Counted from the first letter of the whole stretch, positions 48,308-61,812 are shown. The stretch: DNA of 63,476 nt, filler included, from Hausera hauseri (GCA_046269625.1; 11 parts of 11 records of this genome joined end to end with filler, not necessarily neighbours in it); one strand, 5' to 3'. Notes: a model not told the origin generated them from the sequence alone. A program made the numbers and translations.

Positions 48308-49011
48308 TGTTATAGAAACTGGCTGCCCAAACCGAAAAGCACGCTTCCTAAACGGAACATAAATAGTTAAAAATCACGTCATGAAAAGAAGAGAAATGGC
48401 GCGGCGCATAAATGGGAATCGGAAGTATACATAGAATCTAATGACGTGGACAACAGGAGCAACAGAAATAAGGAAAGTTCCCTACACAATAGTAAACTCA
48501 ATTTGATTGGTCCACGCAGAAAGACAGTTCTTGTGGAGGCGCACTAGAAGTAACGGAAATGACGTTGGCTAGCAACGAGCTCTATAAAAGGAGGCAAGCT
48601 GCTGGCAACCGGACAGTTTTGTGCCAAGCTTCTGAAGAGAGCAGAAGTATAACTGCTTGTACAAATTCATGAAGGTCAGTTCATCTTGAGGAGCGGCAGT
48701 TAGCCATTGGATAGTAGCTTCTGAGTCAAGAAGAACGATATAAACTAGTCCATTTCAGTAACGCCAGCCTTGTAGAACCTCTGCGTAATTGTATGGTCAG
48801 CACTATTCTCGAAGACATCGTGTCTAAGACTGAGAACTAAGCTAGTGGACAGTCGTCCACTCGCGGACGTTTTTCCTAGACACCGACAGATCAGCAGTTT
48901 AAAGTACGAAACAAGAAGTGTATTTGAAAGCAAGCATCGTGCAATTGGCATAAACGACGTATAGAAAGGTGCATGTGAGTAAACGAGCTCGTTGCATCGT
49001 TCATATTACCA
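48308..49011 (+). repeat. Possible solo LTR
   Basis: TGTTATAG...ATTACCA termini, CTATAAAAGG TATA at ~48582, AGTAAA near the end. No matching TSD found. Confidence 0.4.
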
Positions 49012-49077
49012 TTAGTAGCCAACGGTGCTACTGTTGCTGTTGCATGCAACATGATTACCACGTCCATTATTCGTCAT

Positions 49078-49969
49078 TTTTGGCAGATGAGGCTCGTTAA
49101 CCTTGGTTGGTAACTCATCTAAGAGAAGAATAACTCGGATGTAAAACCTCTGCTGCCTTGCGGGAAAACCTGTATTCAATAAAGGCTTTGGGAGTAAACC
49201 CTGAGGAAAATCCGGAGGGAGGGACCCTAAGGCAGCTGATAGAGAGGGCTGTTCCAACCTATCTTCTGGCATCCCATGCAGCTCTTCCGATTCCCAGTTG
49301 TATTGCTTTGTCTTTCCCTGGGTCAAATCAGTGGAGATGAGAGGGGGGGGGGGGGTAGTGCAACGTGGGCATGGCACTTCCTCCATATTGTTAGCCCAGG
49401 CAAGCAGAAAATGTAAAATGGAGAGGCAACTCCATCCTTGCTGTACAGAAAGGATAACATCAGGTGTTGCAACAGTAAGGAAACAACACGGGAAGCGGCA
49501 GTTACGGGTTATAAGTCCTCCCAAATTGGCGAAGGGGAGGGCGCCACGGGTCGCTTCTGACGGTGGGAGCGGCTTTTTAGCTGCACTGGTCAGCTACCGC
49601 CCGCCTCAAGCTGGGCAGCCCCCAGTCAGTAAGGTGCTAACCCGTCACATCTACCTGCCTTGTGGGGTGCGCAAGTGCTAGACCAAAAGTCGAAAAGAGA
49701 TGAAAAAGAAAAAGGTACCCAGCAATAAACAAAAGAAACAAACCACAATTAGATTGGGCTCCTGGAACGTAAGAACCATGTGCCCAGGACTAGGAGACCA
49801 AGACATCGCAGACGACATCAGAAAAACAGCAATTATTGATAAAGAGCTCACAAAGTTGCAGGTTGACATCGCTGCACTGCAAGAAACAAGACTAGCAGAT
49901 TGTGGCTCTGTTCAAGAAAAGAACTACACATTTTATTGGCAAGGCCTGAGTTCAGATCAACCTCGACTA
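49078..49969 (+). mobile_element. RTE-clade (BovB-like) LINE 5' UTR and AP-endonuclease start
   Basis: IRLGSWNVRTMCPG..RKTAIIDKEL..VDIAALQETRL..YTFYWQG; RTE-type 5' UTR segment AAACCTCTGCTGCCTTGCGG. Confidence 0.88.
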
Positions 49970-50069
49970 NNNNNNNNNNNNNNNNNNNNNNNNNNNNNNN
50001 NNNNNNNNNNNNNTTAATTAATTAANNNNNNNNNNNNNNNNNNNNNNNNNNNNNNNNNNNNNNNNNNNN

Positions 50070-52840
50070 AGGTCCTACGATATCCATTGACATGGCCTGC
50101 ATGGGCCTATCGGGAACGTTAACTGGTTTTAATTCGGCCATATAGTTTTTTGTCTTTTTTGTTTAGTTGCACATACTTCGCAATCATTTACCCAATTTCT
50201 TACATCGATGTAGATGCTAGACCAAAAGTATTTAGTCATTATTCTTTCTAAAGTTTTCTTCCAGGACATGTGTCCGGCTAAGTATGAATTATGTTCTGAC
50301 ATCAATACTTCTGTTCGTAAGCTCATGGGAATAACTATCAACTTCCTTCCTTTTTTTCGTAGTATAAAATACCTCCTTTGTTCCGGTCGTTTAGAACGCA
50401 GTACTTATGCCCATATCTGTGTAAATGTTTCTTTAATTGTCGTCCTTTTGGTATAATATCCTTTCTAGCAAATTCTATAATTTGCTGGATAACTTTATCC
50501 TTTCTCTGTTCTGCTGAAACTTTGCTTGCCCTATCTATTGTTAACGCGCGTTGGCGGTCTATTAGTTCTTCAAGTTGACTTTTTTTCATTACAGTAATTG
50601 CGCTTGTTTTCGTCTTTAATCTTGATAGTGCTCAGCATCTACATGTTTATTCCCTGGCTTATACTGAAATTCGATAATGTATCTGGAGATTTCTTCGATC
50701 CACCTATTAAGTCTGCACGTTGGATTATTGGCTCGACACTTTAGAGTCGTAACGGCCTTGTGGTCAGTTACATTTATGATTTTCTGCCCGTAAACATAAA
50801 CGTTAAAATGCCAAAGTGCATCTTTTACTGCTAGAGTTTCTAATTCGGTAACATAATAATTTTTCTCCGCCTTTTTCAAGGAACGTCCTCCATAAGCAAT
50901 CAGATGTTCTAATTCTTCATCTTCTCTTTTCTGCGCTAATTCGTATCCTATGCCTCCTTTACTGGCGTCGGTTTTAATTAGGAAAGGTAAGTTAAAATCT
51001 GGATATCTCAAAACAGGTTCGCTTGTTAATATTTTCTTCATTTCATCGAAAGTTTTTGCTCAACGTCTGTCCATTTCCATTTGATTCCTTTTTTAAGTAA
51101 GCGATATAAAGGTGCATTGATTTTCGAGTTATCTGGTACATAAGTTGAGTAATACCCGCAAAGTCCTAGCCAGTGCAGTAATACTTTCTGATTTTGTGGC
51201 TCCATGCAGTCCGATATTTTGTTCAACAGCGATTTATCTGGTTTTTATCCGCCTTCTCCCACTATATGGCCAAGATAGGATACAGCATTTTGAGCCCATT
51301 TGCATTTCTTTGGATTTAATTTCAATCCCGCTTGTTCCAGACGCATCATCGTATGCTCAATATCCTTTAAGTGTTCTTCTTCCGTTCTTGATGCTATCAT
51401 CACATAATCTAAATATGCAAAGGCATGATCCAATTCCATTAACATTTTGTTCATCATTCTTGTAAATATGGCGGGCCCGGGAGTAATACCGAACGGCATG
51501 ATATTGAATTTGTAAACACCATCGTGAGTCTTAAATGCTGCCTTATAACGGTCTTCGTCCTCTATTTCTACTTGCCAATATCCGGATTGTAGGTCCAGAG
51601 TGGTAAATTATTTTGCTCCTGAGAGTCTGTCTAAGGCTTCTTTCACTGATGGTAATGGAAAAGAATCTTTCATTATCAGATTATTTAGGGCTCTGTAATC
51701 GATACAAAATCGGTGTTTTGTAGTGCCTTTTTTAACCATAAGAATAGGCGAGTACCAGGATCTGTAACTAGGCCTGATTATGTCGGCCTTAAGCATCTGT
51801 TCAACCTTCTTTTTTATCTCGCGTCTTAGCGAATGTGGCGGAGGGTACCATTTCGGCATCTTCTAATCCTCCAAATCTATTTCTTCATTTGAACCAGGCT
51901 CTTTCTTGAGCGGTATAGTCAATTTTAAAGCCTTCGTTCTGCCTATATCTTCTTCATCCTTAGCGATAATCGATTTATATCGACATAATAGTTCACAGAA
52001 CCGACAATAATATTCCGGTGAAAACTTGGTTTCGACATGCGGTGGAAATTCAGCATATTTGTACGGCTTTTCTTCAATAGTTATTGATGATACTTTGTAC
52101 GTATCTCCTAGAGTAGTGTAAGCGTGGAGTTTGACAGGAGTTTGCGAGTTGTTGGCTATTCTGATTGGTACTCGACCGGAGCGTACTGTTGTCAATACAT
52201 TGCTGAGCAATATATTCGGGTCTAACGTATCTCTTGGTTCAAAATATACCGGTTGATCGTCGTCTTGTTGTATTTGAGCATAAATTATTATCTCTGTTCT
52301 CGATGGGATGTTTTCGTCAACTGGTATCCATACTTCTCCAATTTTCCTATCCTTTGCGTTTCTTACGCCTTTGTTCGGTCTGATTTCGATTAGTTTTCCC
52401 GTTGGTAAGTCAATCGCTATATTCGATAGTCTTTTCAATAAATCACACCCTAAAACGACGTCGTCAGTTAACTGTTCCATAATCGCGAACTCATGTCGAA
52501 ATGTTTGCCCAACTAATTGGACTTCTGGGTTCCATTTAAACATCGGTTTTGACATTTGGCCAAAAGCTCCTCTACTTCCTGGGTCTTTCGTAGACGGTGG
52601 ATATAACTGTCTTCTTAGTGTTTGCAGTATTGAATCATTTTTGACATAAGACATCTCAGAACCCGTATAAATTAATGCGTAAACTTCCCAATTTTCGATG
52701 ATGATTTTGGCAAAGGGTCTTTTTTCTATTACTGTTCCAAAACAATTTGATGCTACTTTCGAACGTTTAGTCGATGATATTTTGTGTCCATTGATACGAA
52801 TTTCTGGGGAGGATACTATATTTTCCGATAGTTGTCTCAA
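50070..52840 (-). mobile_element. pol: Ty3/gypsy pol (PR-RT-RNaseH-INT zinc finger), degenerate
   Basis: ALIYTGSEMSYV..VVLGCDLL; RFCIDYRALN, DLQSGYWQV, MPFG, AYLDY; KTDAS..ELETLAV..VTDH; HNSYLAGH..YFW..CEVC. Confidence 0.93.
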
Positions 52841-52950
52841 TTCTTCATTTGGGTATAATTCATTGTTTTCTACGTGGATTTCTTACGCTTCATGAGTACT
52901 GATTAACGGTTCACGATTGTTAGTATGTAGTTCGGTATGTTGAATGGTTT

Positions 52951-54395
52951 TCAGTCTTGGATTATCCCAAACTGTTGATCTAGTTTCAATATTTTTAGGT
53001 TCTCTTGGCGAGTACAACATCCTAGGGTTATCCGCTGATTGCCGATAACACAATTACGTAAGATTTCATACCGCTTCGCTCCTTCGTAAGGATCTTCTAC
53101 ATTAATTGTCCTTTTATAGATTTCCGTCTGATATGAGCTTATGGATCGTTTGTCACAATCTTCATAGAACGGGGCGGTAGGAGGTAGCATAGGCAACGGC
53201 GCTTTGACCACCGAATGCATTTTGTGGAGGTTTATCCTTGAAAATGCTTCTCCTCCCTTAGGCTCATCATCATCTGAATTATTTCTTCTTATAATAGACC
53301 TTTTAAGTTTCCGTTTCCGTAGGAATATAGGTTTTCCTCTTTGTTTTCGATTTAAGTATCCGACATGACGTTCCACGTCCGATTTCCATCTACTTTCTTC
53401 GTACGCCTTTAGAATTTTTCCAAGGGGCGTTATGATTGCGGTCAATATCTTACATGAAAATCCGGTTAAGTAAATATATCATATCCATTTATTACCGCTT
53501 AAATTACGGCCTTTACCATTTGTACCAGAAAATATATCGCTAAAAATCCTGATATGGCTTGTCCGAATATCAAAAATCTTCCCCACATTTTATATAGTAT
53601 TTCAGTTGTTACTCGTTGATAATGGTTTACACTGAGTCAAGAGTCCCATTTAACTTGATATCTGGTATCGTCTACTACTGAAGCCATCGCTCGATTTAAT
53701 TCGTGCGTTCGTTGTCGTGGAAAATCGAGGAATTGTCTAAAGACCTCAATTTCCTTTGGTCTGTAAATCCCTTTTGACGAGGTGTCTTGAAATTTGTCGT
53801 CTGTAATTCCTTTCGCTAGATTCGTTCCTGTTAATTTGTTTGAAGCGGCAGTGATACCTCCATTTTGTAAACTAACCCAGTCCGTTTCACTACGCCTGAA
53901 CATAGGTTCTCCTAAGCTTGCCTTACAATCCTTGAGAATAGTTGGTCGCGTCGAATTTTCCAACAACACTCTCGGCAATGGTGTAGCTAATCTTGGGATG
54001 TTCTGGTAAATAATGGGAAGTTTCTGAATACAGCGTTTTTCTTCCACATTGATGGGTACGTCTTTCTTTTCGCATTCGTAAGTTAGCAGTACTTCGCCTG
54101 TGACTCGACCGAAAATTCCTTCTCTCATGGGAATTATTGGGGAAGCCAATTCCGGATTTGCATAAATCAAAGCCATTTTAGTTCTCATAATTTCCGTATC
54201 TAGTTTGCAGTCATTCGTTATCATTTTATGATATAATTCCATTATTCCGACTTGTCCTTTATATTAAAAGTAATCGTCTCTATTTTTCAGGTAATCTTCG
54301 ATCCGGATATCCTGCGTTTCTAACTTATACGTTCTTGCATTTATTTATCTGCGACGAAAAATGCTTCGTAGTTGGTAGCAAACATTACTACATCA
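52951..54395 (-). pseudogene. env: Envelope-like glycoprotein (chuvirus G / gB-type class III fusogen), C-terminal half with TM and tail
   Basis: LYHKMITNDCKLD..GIFGRVTGEVLLTYEC..CIQKLPI..C..KGIY..FRQFLDFP; manual translation of ~53480-53600 gives the TM region MWGRFLIFGQAISGFLAIYFLVQMVKAVI*AVINGY; the tail contains PTAP. Confidence 0.8.
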
Positions 54396-55311
54396 TAATG
54401 AGAAATCATTTCTTTCCTGATAAATTTTAGTCAAAAGGAGTCTCAAATGAACTCTTTGTGTGATCTTCATTCTATTTCTTTGCTTGGTAAACATTTAGGA
54501 AACAGGAACATGTTTCAACTAAACATATTGTTGGATATACTAACAACAGTAGCTCAAAATTTTTTGTCCAGTATTTTATCCATTCAGAAAGAACTCTTCA
54601 AATCCTTTATGAAAACTTCATCATCCTTGGCTTCAATCAATGTATCAATAATATCTTCATCGTAGTCTTACAGATTTACATTTTTCAACTAAATTTCAGA
54701 ATTAACTAGAATCAGTAAAATGATGCAGTAGTTAGCAAATCAATCTTTTTATACGTTCCATTTTTATCAAAGTCTCACCAGTACCCTAAATCGTTCACAA
54801 TCGGACACAATTTGTTCAGTTCTTTTAAAGCGCCGGGAGTGGGAATTTTGCCTACATTGAGAAACCCTGAATTAAAGGACTTAACATATTAATTTTAATA
54901 ATTGACAGAGGAAGAAGATTAAACAATGAGGATATTGTTAACTGTGAAGCACTGAGGCATTCCGGTTTGAGTAATAGTTATCAAAAGTATGACAAAATAG
55001 ATTCCAAATCGAACAAAACATTAAAAAAAATACAAATACTCAAGTAGGCTGTCACTAATCACCGATCTGCGTCAAAAATTGAATCCGAATTATAGCTGCC
55101 AGAATCAATAAAGGGGGTGCAATAAATATTAAGAATAATGANNNNNNNNNNNNNNNNNNNNNNNNNNNNNNNNNNNNNNNNNNNNTTAATTAATTAANNN
55201 NNNNNNNNNNNNNNNNNNNNNNNNNNNNNNNNNNNNNNNNNAATTAAATGATAATGAAACAAAAGGCAAAAACAACGAACAATATACATTATTTATACAA
55301 AACAGACAGAT

Positions 55312-58300
55312 CACACTGAATTGTCACAGTGAATGGGTCACTTTGATCTGTCTGTATCTTCAACCACTTACGTCTATCATTACATGATAAGGCGACTTTT
55401 GTATTGGTCACCATATACCGCTGGTTTTCAATCGACCTGATGATCGTTTGTGACACAACAGCCTTTGATTGTCCTTCTTCATAGATACGGCGATAATCAC
55501 ACTGGTTTATTTCTACCTGGGCTAACTGAACTCCTTTGGCGCGCCTTTTCGGCCTACCGTCAGTTAAAAGGCTATATCATTTTGGCCGTAGAAATACCCA
55601 TTCCCGATATTGAACTCGACCTTCACTTTCATCCTTGAAGCAGCCGATTTTGTTTGATGGCGTTGCTGTACAATGGATGATTCTGTGGGTAATTGGACGT
55701 GTCCAGTAATCCGCCTGCCATCACTTGCCGCAGTAGTTGTTTGCGATTGACGTTTTCCAGTTCCTAGAAAAAACTATCTGTGTCATCGACAATTATACTT
55801 ATTTTGCATCCGCCGCCGAACATTTGCCGGTAACGTGCCAAATCACGATTCTGCAGCTCATGCGCAACTTGCTCAGATCCAATACCACTTGTCCTATATA
55901 ACTTGGCCGGTCCAGTACGACTTCTTCCCTGTTTAAAAGCACGGCATCCAATGTGCATTGACCGCCGGAACTGTTATTTGCTGGTATACGTAACCAGCCG
56001 CTTTTTCGAGTTACATAGGCGCACATTGATGCGCTTTTTCAGAGAATTGTTTTTCACCTTGTAGTAGTTCTTTTTGTACTTTGTACAAGCTGCGACTCGT
56101 TACTCCGAATTTGGGAGCCTGAGTAAATCGGATTGCACGATTCAGTTGTGTGACGCGTACACCGAGCTGCATGTATGACTGTAGCAAACGCCAATGGTTT
56201 ACGTAATTCAGCTTCGGTTCATGCGTCATGAGCAGTATCTTCATTTTGAGCCTGGCGAACATTGGTTAAATGGTGCGACCGGTAAATCGTCCAAAACGTT
56301 ATGCAGCGCATCTGGTATCTCGAGATCGACCTCCATCAGGTATCCGACTGAACCTGCCATGTCTGCTCGTGGTAGGTTGACCATTATGTCATTCAGATCT
56401 TGTCTGTCGATTACCCATTCAAATGAACCGTACGGCAAGGATTGCGAAAGCGCCCAGCCGTACAGGTTATTAATATTAATATGCAGCAGTGATGTGGTAT
56501 CATTACTGGTTACATGATGCTTGTTGACAAATTTCATGCCTCCACGAATACCAACATCAAACAGCCGGTGAATTTCCGGGCCTTTCAGCAGCTCAATTAC
56601 TCGATCCAGTGACATTAGAGCTGACGCCCAACTCATTCCCGGTATGGAATAAAAGTTGAGTGGCTTCAATCTATCTTCCGTTAGCGCTTTGGTTCGAAAT
56701 GCTCGAAACATGTGGGCTAATAAGTACACGTCCAGTTTAAGATACTGGAGCATGTATTCCAACATGTTTCTACAGCCCAGGCCTGTCCAATATTCTTGTG
56801 ATCTCCGATATTTATCTGCGATACTTGTCCATCGCGCTGTAATTCCTCTGCTGTCCAGAGTCGCTCATATGATGTTGCAAAGTCATTGAAATATGCCTTT
56901 GCTGCGTGCAATATGTGCAGGGAATTTCGTCAGTGCTATCGGCACATCTGACAGGGCATTTACCAGCTTTGCCAATGATTCATTGAGAAATTGCAATGAA
57001 TCAGGGAAGCGTACCTGGAATCGGTTTACGCGTGCTGACAACGATATGTATTTCTCCATTGCCGTTGGGATTATGGACAGTTCCCAGTGCGGAAAGCCGT
57101 TAAAGGCTCATTTGAGAATATGGTGACAGTCAACCTCTGAAATTATGAAAGATCACCGGCAGGAATGGTCACACGCGCCTTGCTAAATTGCATGAATTGC
57201 ATGCTGCTCCCAAGTATCGACCGGTGAAACGTTTGTGATCCGGTACGAGCCGTTTCTGTACATCAAACGGTATTATTTTGTGGTACAGATAGCATTGATC
57301 GGTGACAGCGAAAAGCAACGGTTGATATTCGTCTGCCCAAATCAATGGCTTACTGCAATTGTTGCGATACCGCAGCGCAATTTCCGTTTCCACTACGGTT
57401 TTTAACTGCTGCAGGAAATCACGTACACAGTTCCAACCATGGTAAACGTAATACTGCTGTTTTCCAGCGGCTTTTATTGGTACTAGCAACATAGCGACGA
57501 CAATTGGAACGTGCTTTTGATCGTATACATTTTGGCGTGGTAGAATTGCTTTGATATGGGTATAAACTACATATGCCGGACTGTTTGTTTTAGACCAATC
57601 ACTGAATCTGAGTTCTTTTTTGACGGGCATGACGTACATTGTTGTCCCTGATGCGTTTTGCTTGCATAGCGTGACATGTTCTCCCACGTTGTTTCCGATC
57701 TGAATCCATGCAGACATACAGGACACCATTTGCATCGTATTCGCTTTTTGATGAACTGGTCATGCTCCATTTTCAACAGTTTATCCAGATTTGTCACTGC
57801 CACGTAATGAAATTTTTCGGCCTGCTCCAACAGCAACAAATTTACCGAGCGTCCATTTTGGTTCCGACTGTGATAAATTATGTCCACATGGGTGTTCTTA
57901 TAACTTTCTTCGTCTTCCGGTATTTCAACTGGTGTGTTGTACCGGAAAACGTTAATTGGCAGCGTCGGATTACACCTTTCAAAAGCCGGAATGGTTTTCA
58001 GTTTCATCGACATCTAGCATTCACCAAATTGCAATTCGGAAAAATACTGCCGCTACTGATTTGGACGATTTGCATTGTATGTGTTCACTTTGCTGTACTT
58101 CAATATAGCCAGAATACTGTACAGAAAACAGCATTCATCGTCAGTATTTTGTACATTCACTACCGCCAGAGACTGCTTTAGAGATGCAGGTGTCGGTATG
58201 AATGACCGACAAGACAAATATACCACGTCACTCGACTTTGTTATGATAGAGCCTAGTGTAACAATTCATATAATTCGCTATCTACTACCCTTTCCGGTAT

Positions 58301-58400
58301 AGTTGGCGATTTTCTCATCCAACTTTTCGCCTACATTGGTAATAAAATCTTCGGAATACGGTACGGCTCGATGTGACGGATATCATTGTTTCCTGTCGCC
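55312..58400 (-). pseudogene. Polinton protein-primed PolB (copy 2, divergent from copy 1)
   Basis: INVFRY..LLLL..HYVAVTNLDKLL..CPVCLHGF; PDHKRFTGRYLGAACNSCNL; YLKLDVYLLA; GIRGG; NNLYGWALSQSLP; LDRPSYIG; DTDSFF. Confidence 0.92.
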
Positions 58401-58410
58401 TTCAACGTTT

Positions 58411-59052
58411 TCAAATTCTGCATGTGCATAATATTGCACTTTGCAGTTGTTGAGTTTGAATTTCTTCACCTCTAATTCCAACCGGCTGCGCACACAGGAC
58501 GAAACATGCCTCAGCTGTAGTGTGAGTTATCCCCGACATGTTTACTTTCACGTCCACGTACGATTTGTTTAGATCGTACTTGACAGTAATAGAAAGTTCC
58601 TGCTGTTGCATCTGCGGCTGCTGCTGTTCGGTACTGTTTTGGATGTATTCGTCAAGACTTGTGGATGTTTGACGTTTCCTGCTTGTTGAGGGGATACTAG
58701 TTTTTTTGTCGCCATCACTTTCCTTTTTGGACCGCTGATACTGGTTCAAGTGGTCCTTGTGGGTGTTGTAGAAATGTTCATAGTTGATTTCATCAACTAT
58801 AGAACAACCGGGACAAACGTAGGCCCCTTTACCGTGCACCGTTGAGGTGCCATAGTACTGCTCCATTGTACTATGACAACCACTAACGTGCACTTTACTA
58901 TTGCAGTAGTGTGGGTATGTGGAGCAATGTTCCACCATCATCTTCTTAGACTGAGTAAACGGCCCGAGATGATGCTTGTGCACTTCATAAAAATCAGGAT
59001 ACATACAGCGGGTTGGAATATCACACGTTAGACACATACGTGTCCGTGCCAA
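58411..59052 (-). CDS. Cys/His-rich protein with two CxxC..FYxxHKxHL repeats, upstream of pPolB
   Basis: CLTCDIPTRCMYPDFYEVHKHHL and CPGCSIVDEINYEHFYNTHKDHL. Confidence 0.5.
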   Translation of the reverse strand: MARTRMCLTCDIPTRCMYPDFYEVHKHHLGPFTQSKKMMVEHCSTYPHYCNSKVHVSGCHSTMEQYYGTSTVHGKGAYVCPGCSIVDEINYEHFYNTHKDHLNQYQRSKKESDGDKKTSIPSTSRKRQTSTSLDEYIQNSTEQQQPQMQQQELSITVKYDLNKSYVDVKVNMSGITHTTAEACFVLCAQPVGIRGEEIQTQQLQSAILCTCRI

Positions 59053-59482
59053 TTGTGTAATACTTCGTCATTTGTTTATGGCACTGATCCTCAACATGTA
59101 TGCGCGAGACGCAATACATGACATATTGCTTATATTTCTAAATTTAAACAAATTAACATTTAAAATAGATTAAAATTATAAATAAAATAAATGATAATAC
59201 ATATACTTGTAAAATTAAACATTAAACATAACCCCGATGGTCTGTGAAATAGTCTTACTCTATTATAAACGTTTGTTCTCCATACCACTACTAATAATAA
59301 TGATCAAATGGAACAGTACATTGAAAATGAGATGCAGAAATTGACCGATGACATAATGACAGGACGTGTTTGATGTGCAGTTNNNNNNNNNNNNNNNNNN
59401 NNNNNNNNNNNNNNNNNNNNNNNNNNTTAATTAATTAANNNNNNNNNNNNNNNNNNNNNNNNNNNNNNNNNNNNNNNNNNNN

Positions 59483-59557
<75 letters not shown>

Positions 59558-59577
59558 GATGATGATTATTGTGATGA
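59483..59577. repeat. (GAT)n microsatellite
   Basis: Directly visible; abuts a spacer. Confidence 0.98.
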
Positions 59578-59579
59578 CG

Positions 59580-60640
59580 CAGTGTGTTTTGTATCCATGA
59601 CGTCGAAAATGTAATGTCATATATTTCTTTGATCCAAACAGAAATTTAGTGGGTTCCGATAATTCATCAAACATATACACGCAAATATGATGTACAATAT
59701 TTTGCGTCAATGATAAATATGCGGGTCTGAGCATATCAACGCGAACAGTTTCACCCGATATTTTGTACGTGTCAGAATCCAGTTTGATAGAAACCGGTAG
59801 TTGTTTACGTTCTCAACAAATGAGTGCGGATTTGGTTAAGTCTGTTAAAATATTGATTCGGTGAAATGCTCGATAGTGTTGCGGTTTGTATTTGGTAACA
59901 ATACATCATCCAACAATGTTTTGATAGAATTCGCGTTTTGAAAACCAAGATTCCAAGCCAATAATTCATTAAAGGCAAAATATTTAACATTGTCATGTAG
60001 TTTAATCGAAATGCGACCATATGCGTTTATTTCACATGCCTTTACGGCTAATGTAACTGTTTTCTTGACGTATTCACACAATTCCAGTTCTGTTTCCATT
60101 ACTAAATCATGTGGCATAATATATGAGCGTAAGACTGATTCTGACGTAGTCCACTTTACTATAATATCAGATTCCGCATCGGATGAAAGGTCCGATTTTT
60201 CACCAATTATAACATGTCCACTTAGCTGTAGACGTTTTGAGTGTACATTGACTGATTGAAAACGTTATGCCTGGGCATCAGCTGTAGAATTAAACTGCAT
60301 TTCCATGGGATTTCGATGCGTTAGTTTCACACGGTAGTTTGAAAAATAAGCATAAACCGAAAAATTTTCTCGCGAATAATTGCGAAAAATATATCGGTTT
60401 TTGTGTGAGATTGTCCGCAAACGACTTGAAATAAAGTACGTTTCTTGTCGGGTAAAGTAAATACCACTGTTCTGACGTAATGTGATTGGTAAAAATATAA
60501 ATATGAATTCCTTCAAAGCCACTTCCCAGGCTCCGTGGCGTAAATCGACCGGTTGGTCCAAGTGCAAGTAGACTGTTTAGCGGTGTTGTCATTGTCGTCA
60601 AGTTGTGATAATGATCTGTTACTATCAAGTACAAAGTAAA
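59580..60640 (-). pseudogene. Penton A
   Basis: IYFVLDSN..HLDQPVDLRHGAWEVALKEF ... PAYLSL..MTLHFRRH. Confidence 0.83.
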
Positions 60641-60656
60641 TGCTGCTGCTACTCCT

Positions 60657-61712
60657 TGAATCTGTGATGCAAAAATCCAACTCTGTGCAGTGTATCCGTG
60701 CCACTTGACGAGATATTGTTCATTCAAATTTTTGCCACGTGAACGTAAAATTTCCTGACTACGATATACATCGGGTTTCTTGCGCAGTACCTGCAGTGCC
60801 TGTGCGTAGAATTTACCGCGTATTTCTTCACCGTTTTCATCCTCTAAAACATACATTACAAATGTTTGTTTGTGTTGATTGCCGATATGCGGGAAACCTC
60901 GTCGCTCCAGTTTTGATTGAAATTATCAATGAATGACGTCGTACTCATTTGCGAAATATGTACGTAAGCACCGATTTTATATTTTGGGTGTTTAACTGCC
61001 TGTCGTTGTGTTCGATTTTGATAAAGCCACATGTCAAAATCATCGATTACGTCAACCGACCGTAATCCATTTAGGCCACGATGTGTCGAATGATTGTATG
61101 CATGAATAATATCCGTCAGTACATCTACCCAGCGTTTGTTGCTTTGCTTCGTAAGAATTTGTTTAGGGGACCGCGCAATGTTCGATTAAATCGTTCAACG
61201 AGTGCAGCCTTGTATTGGGAAAACACGGAGTAATGGTTTACGCCAAACCGTTTCAAGACCTCTGCAACGTGGGCATTGTAGAATTCTTTACCAAAATCCG
61301 TTTGTAAATGTTTCGGCTTTTATTGTTGTATCCGTGTCTAAACAGCGTCGGCAATCTCTTTACCGGATTTTATATTTCACAGCAATTGCACGTGCAAAAC
61401 GACTAAACATATTAACGCATATCATCATGTACCGATACCCATCGTTGTTGCTGGCGTACGGAATCATTTCCATCAAATCCATTTGCCATACGTTATTTAC
61501 ACCAGCAGCACGGTATGCACGAGTTGGAAACCGCTTTCTTATTGGTTTGTTTAGGCTATATGCTGTCTATTTCCAGAGCCAACATTGGGTCTGTTGCCGA
61601 GTCTTTTTGACAGTCTTTGCCAGTTTGTCAACGCCAGTATACCCGACGGCATGACGCGGGTCGAACCACACGTCGCTCGTCGTCGGTGTTGTAGTCGGTT
61701 TTGCTGCTTGCA
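60657..61712 (-). pseudogene. Polinton integrase-chromodomain
   Basis: WFDPRHAVGY, WQMDLMEM, VERFNRTL, GKFYAQALQ, EILRSRG..QYLVKWHGY..SWI. Confidence 0.9.
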
Positions 61713-61812
61713 TTACAACAATTAGAAAGAAACGTAAATAAATGATTCGGTAAAGTTGGATAGAAAGATGAAAGCCATGCATCCATATAGCCGGATCATC
61801 ATATACTTGCCG

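Noticed and set aside
10214-59482. Ten regularly recurring TTAATTAATTAA palindromes as a repeat array or CRISPR-like system
   Set aside because: Each is centred in exactly 44+44 Ns; this is an artificial six-frame-stop linker.
59435-59734. Poly-isoleucine ORF as a membrane protein
   Set aside because: It is the translation of the (GAT)n microsatellite appended to the penton C-terminus.
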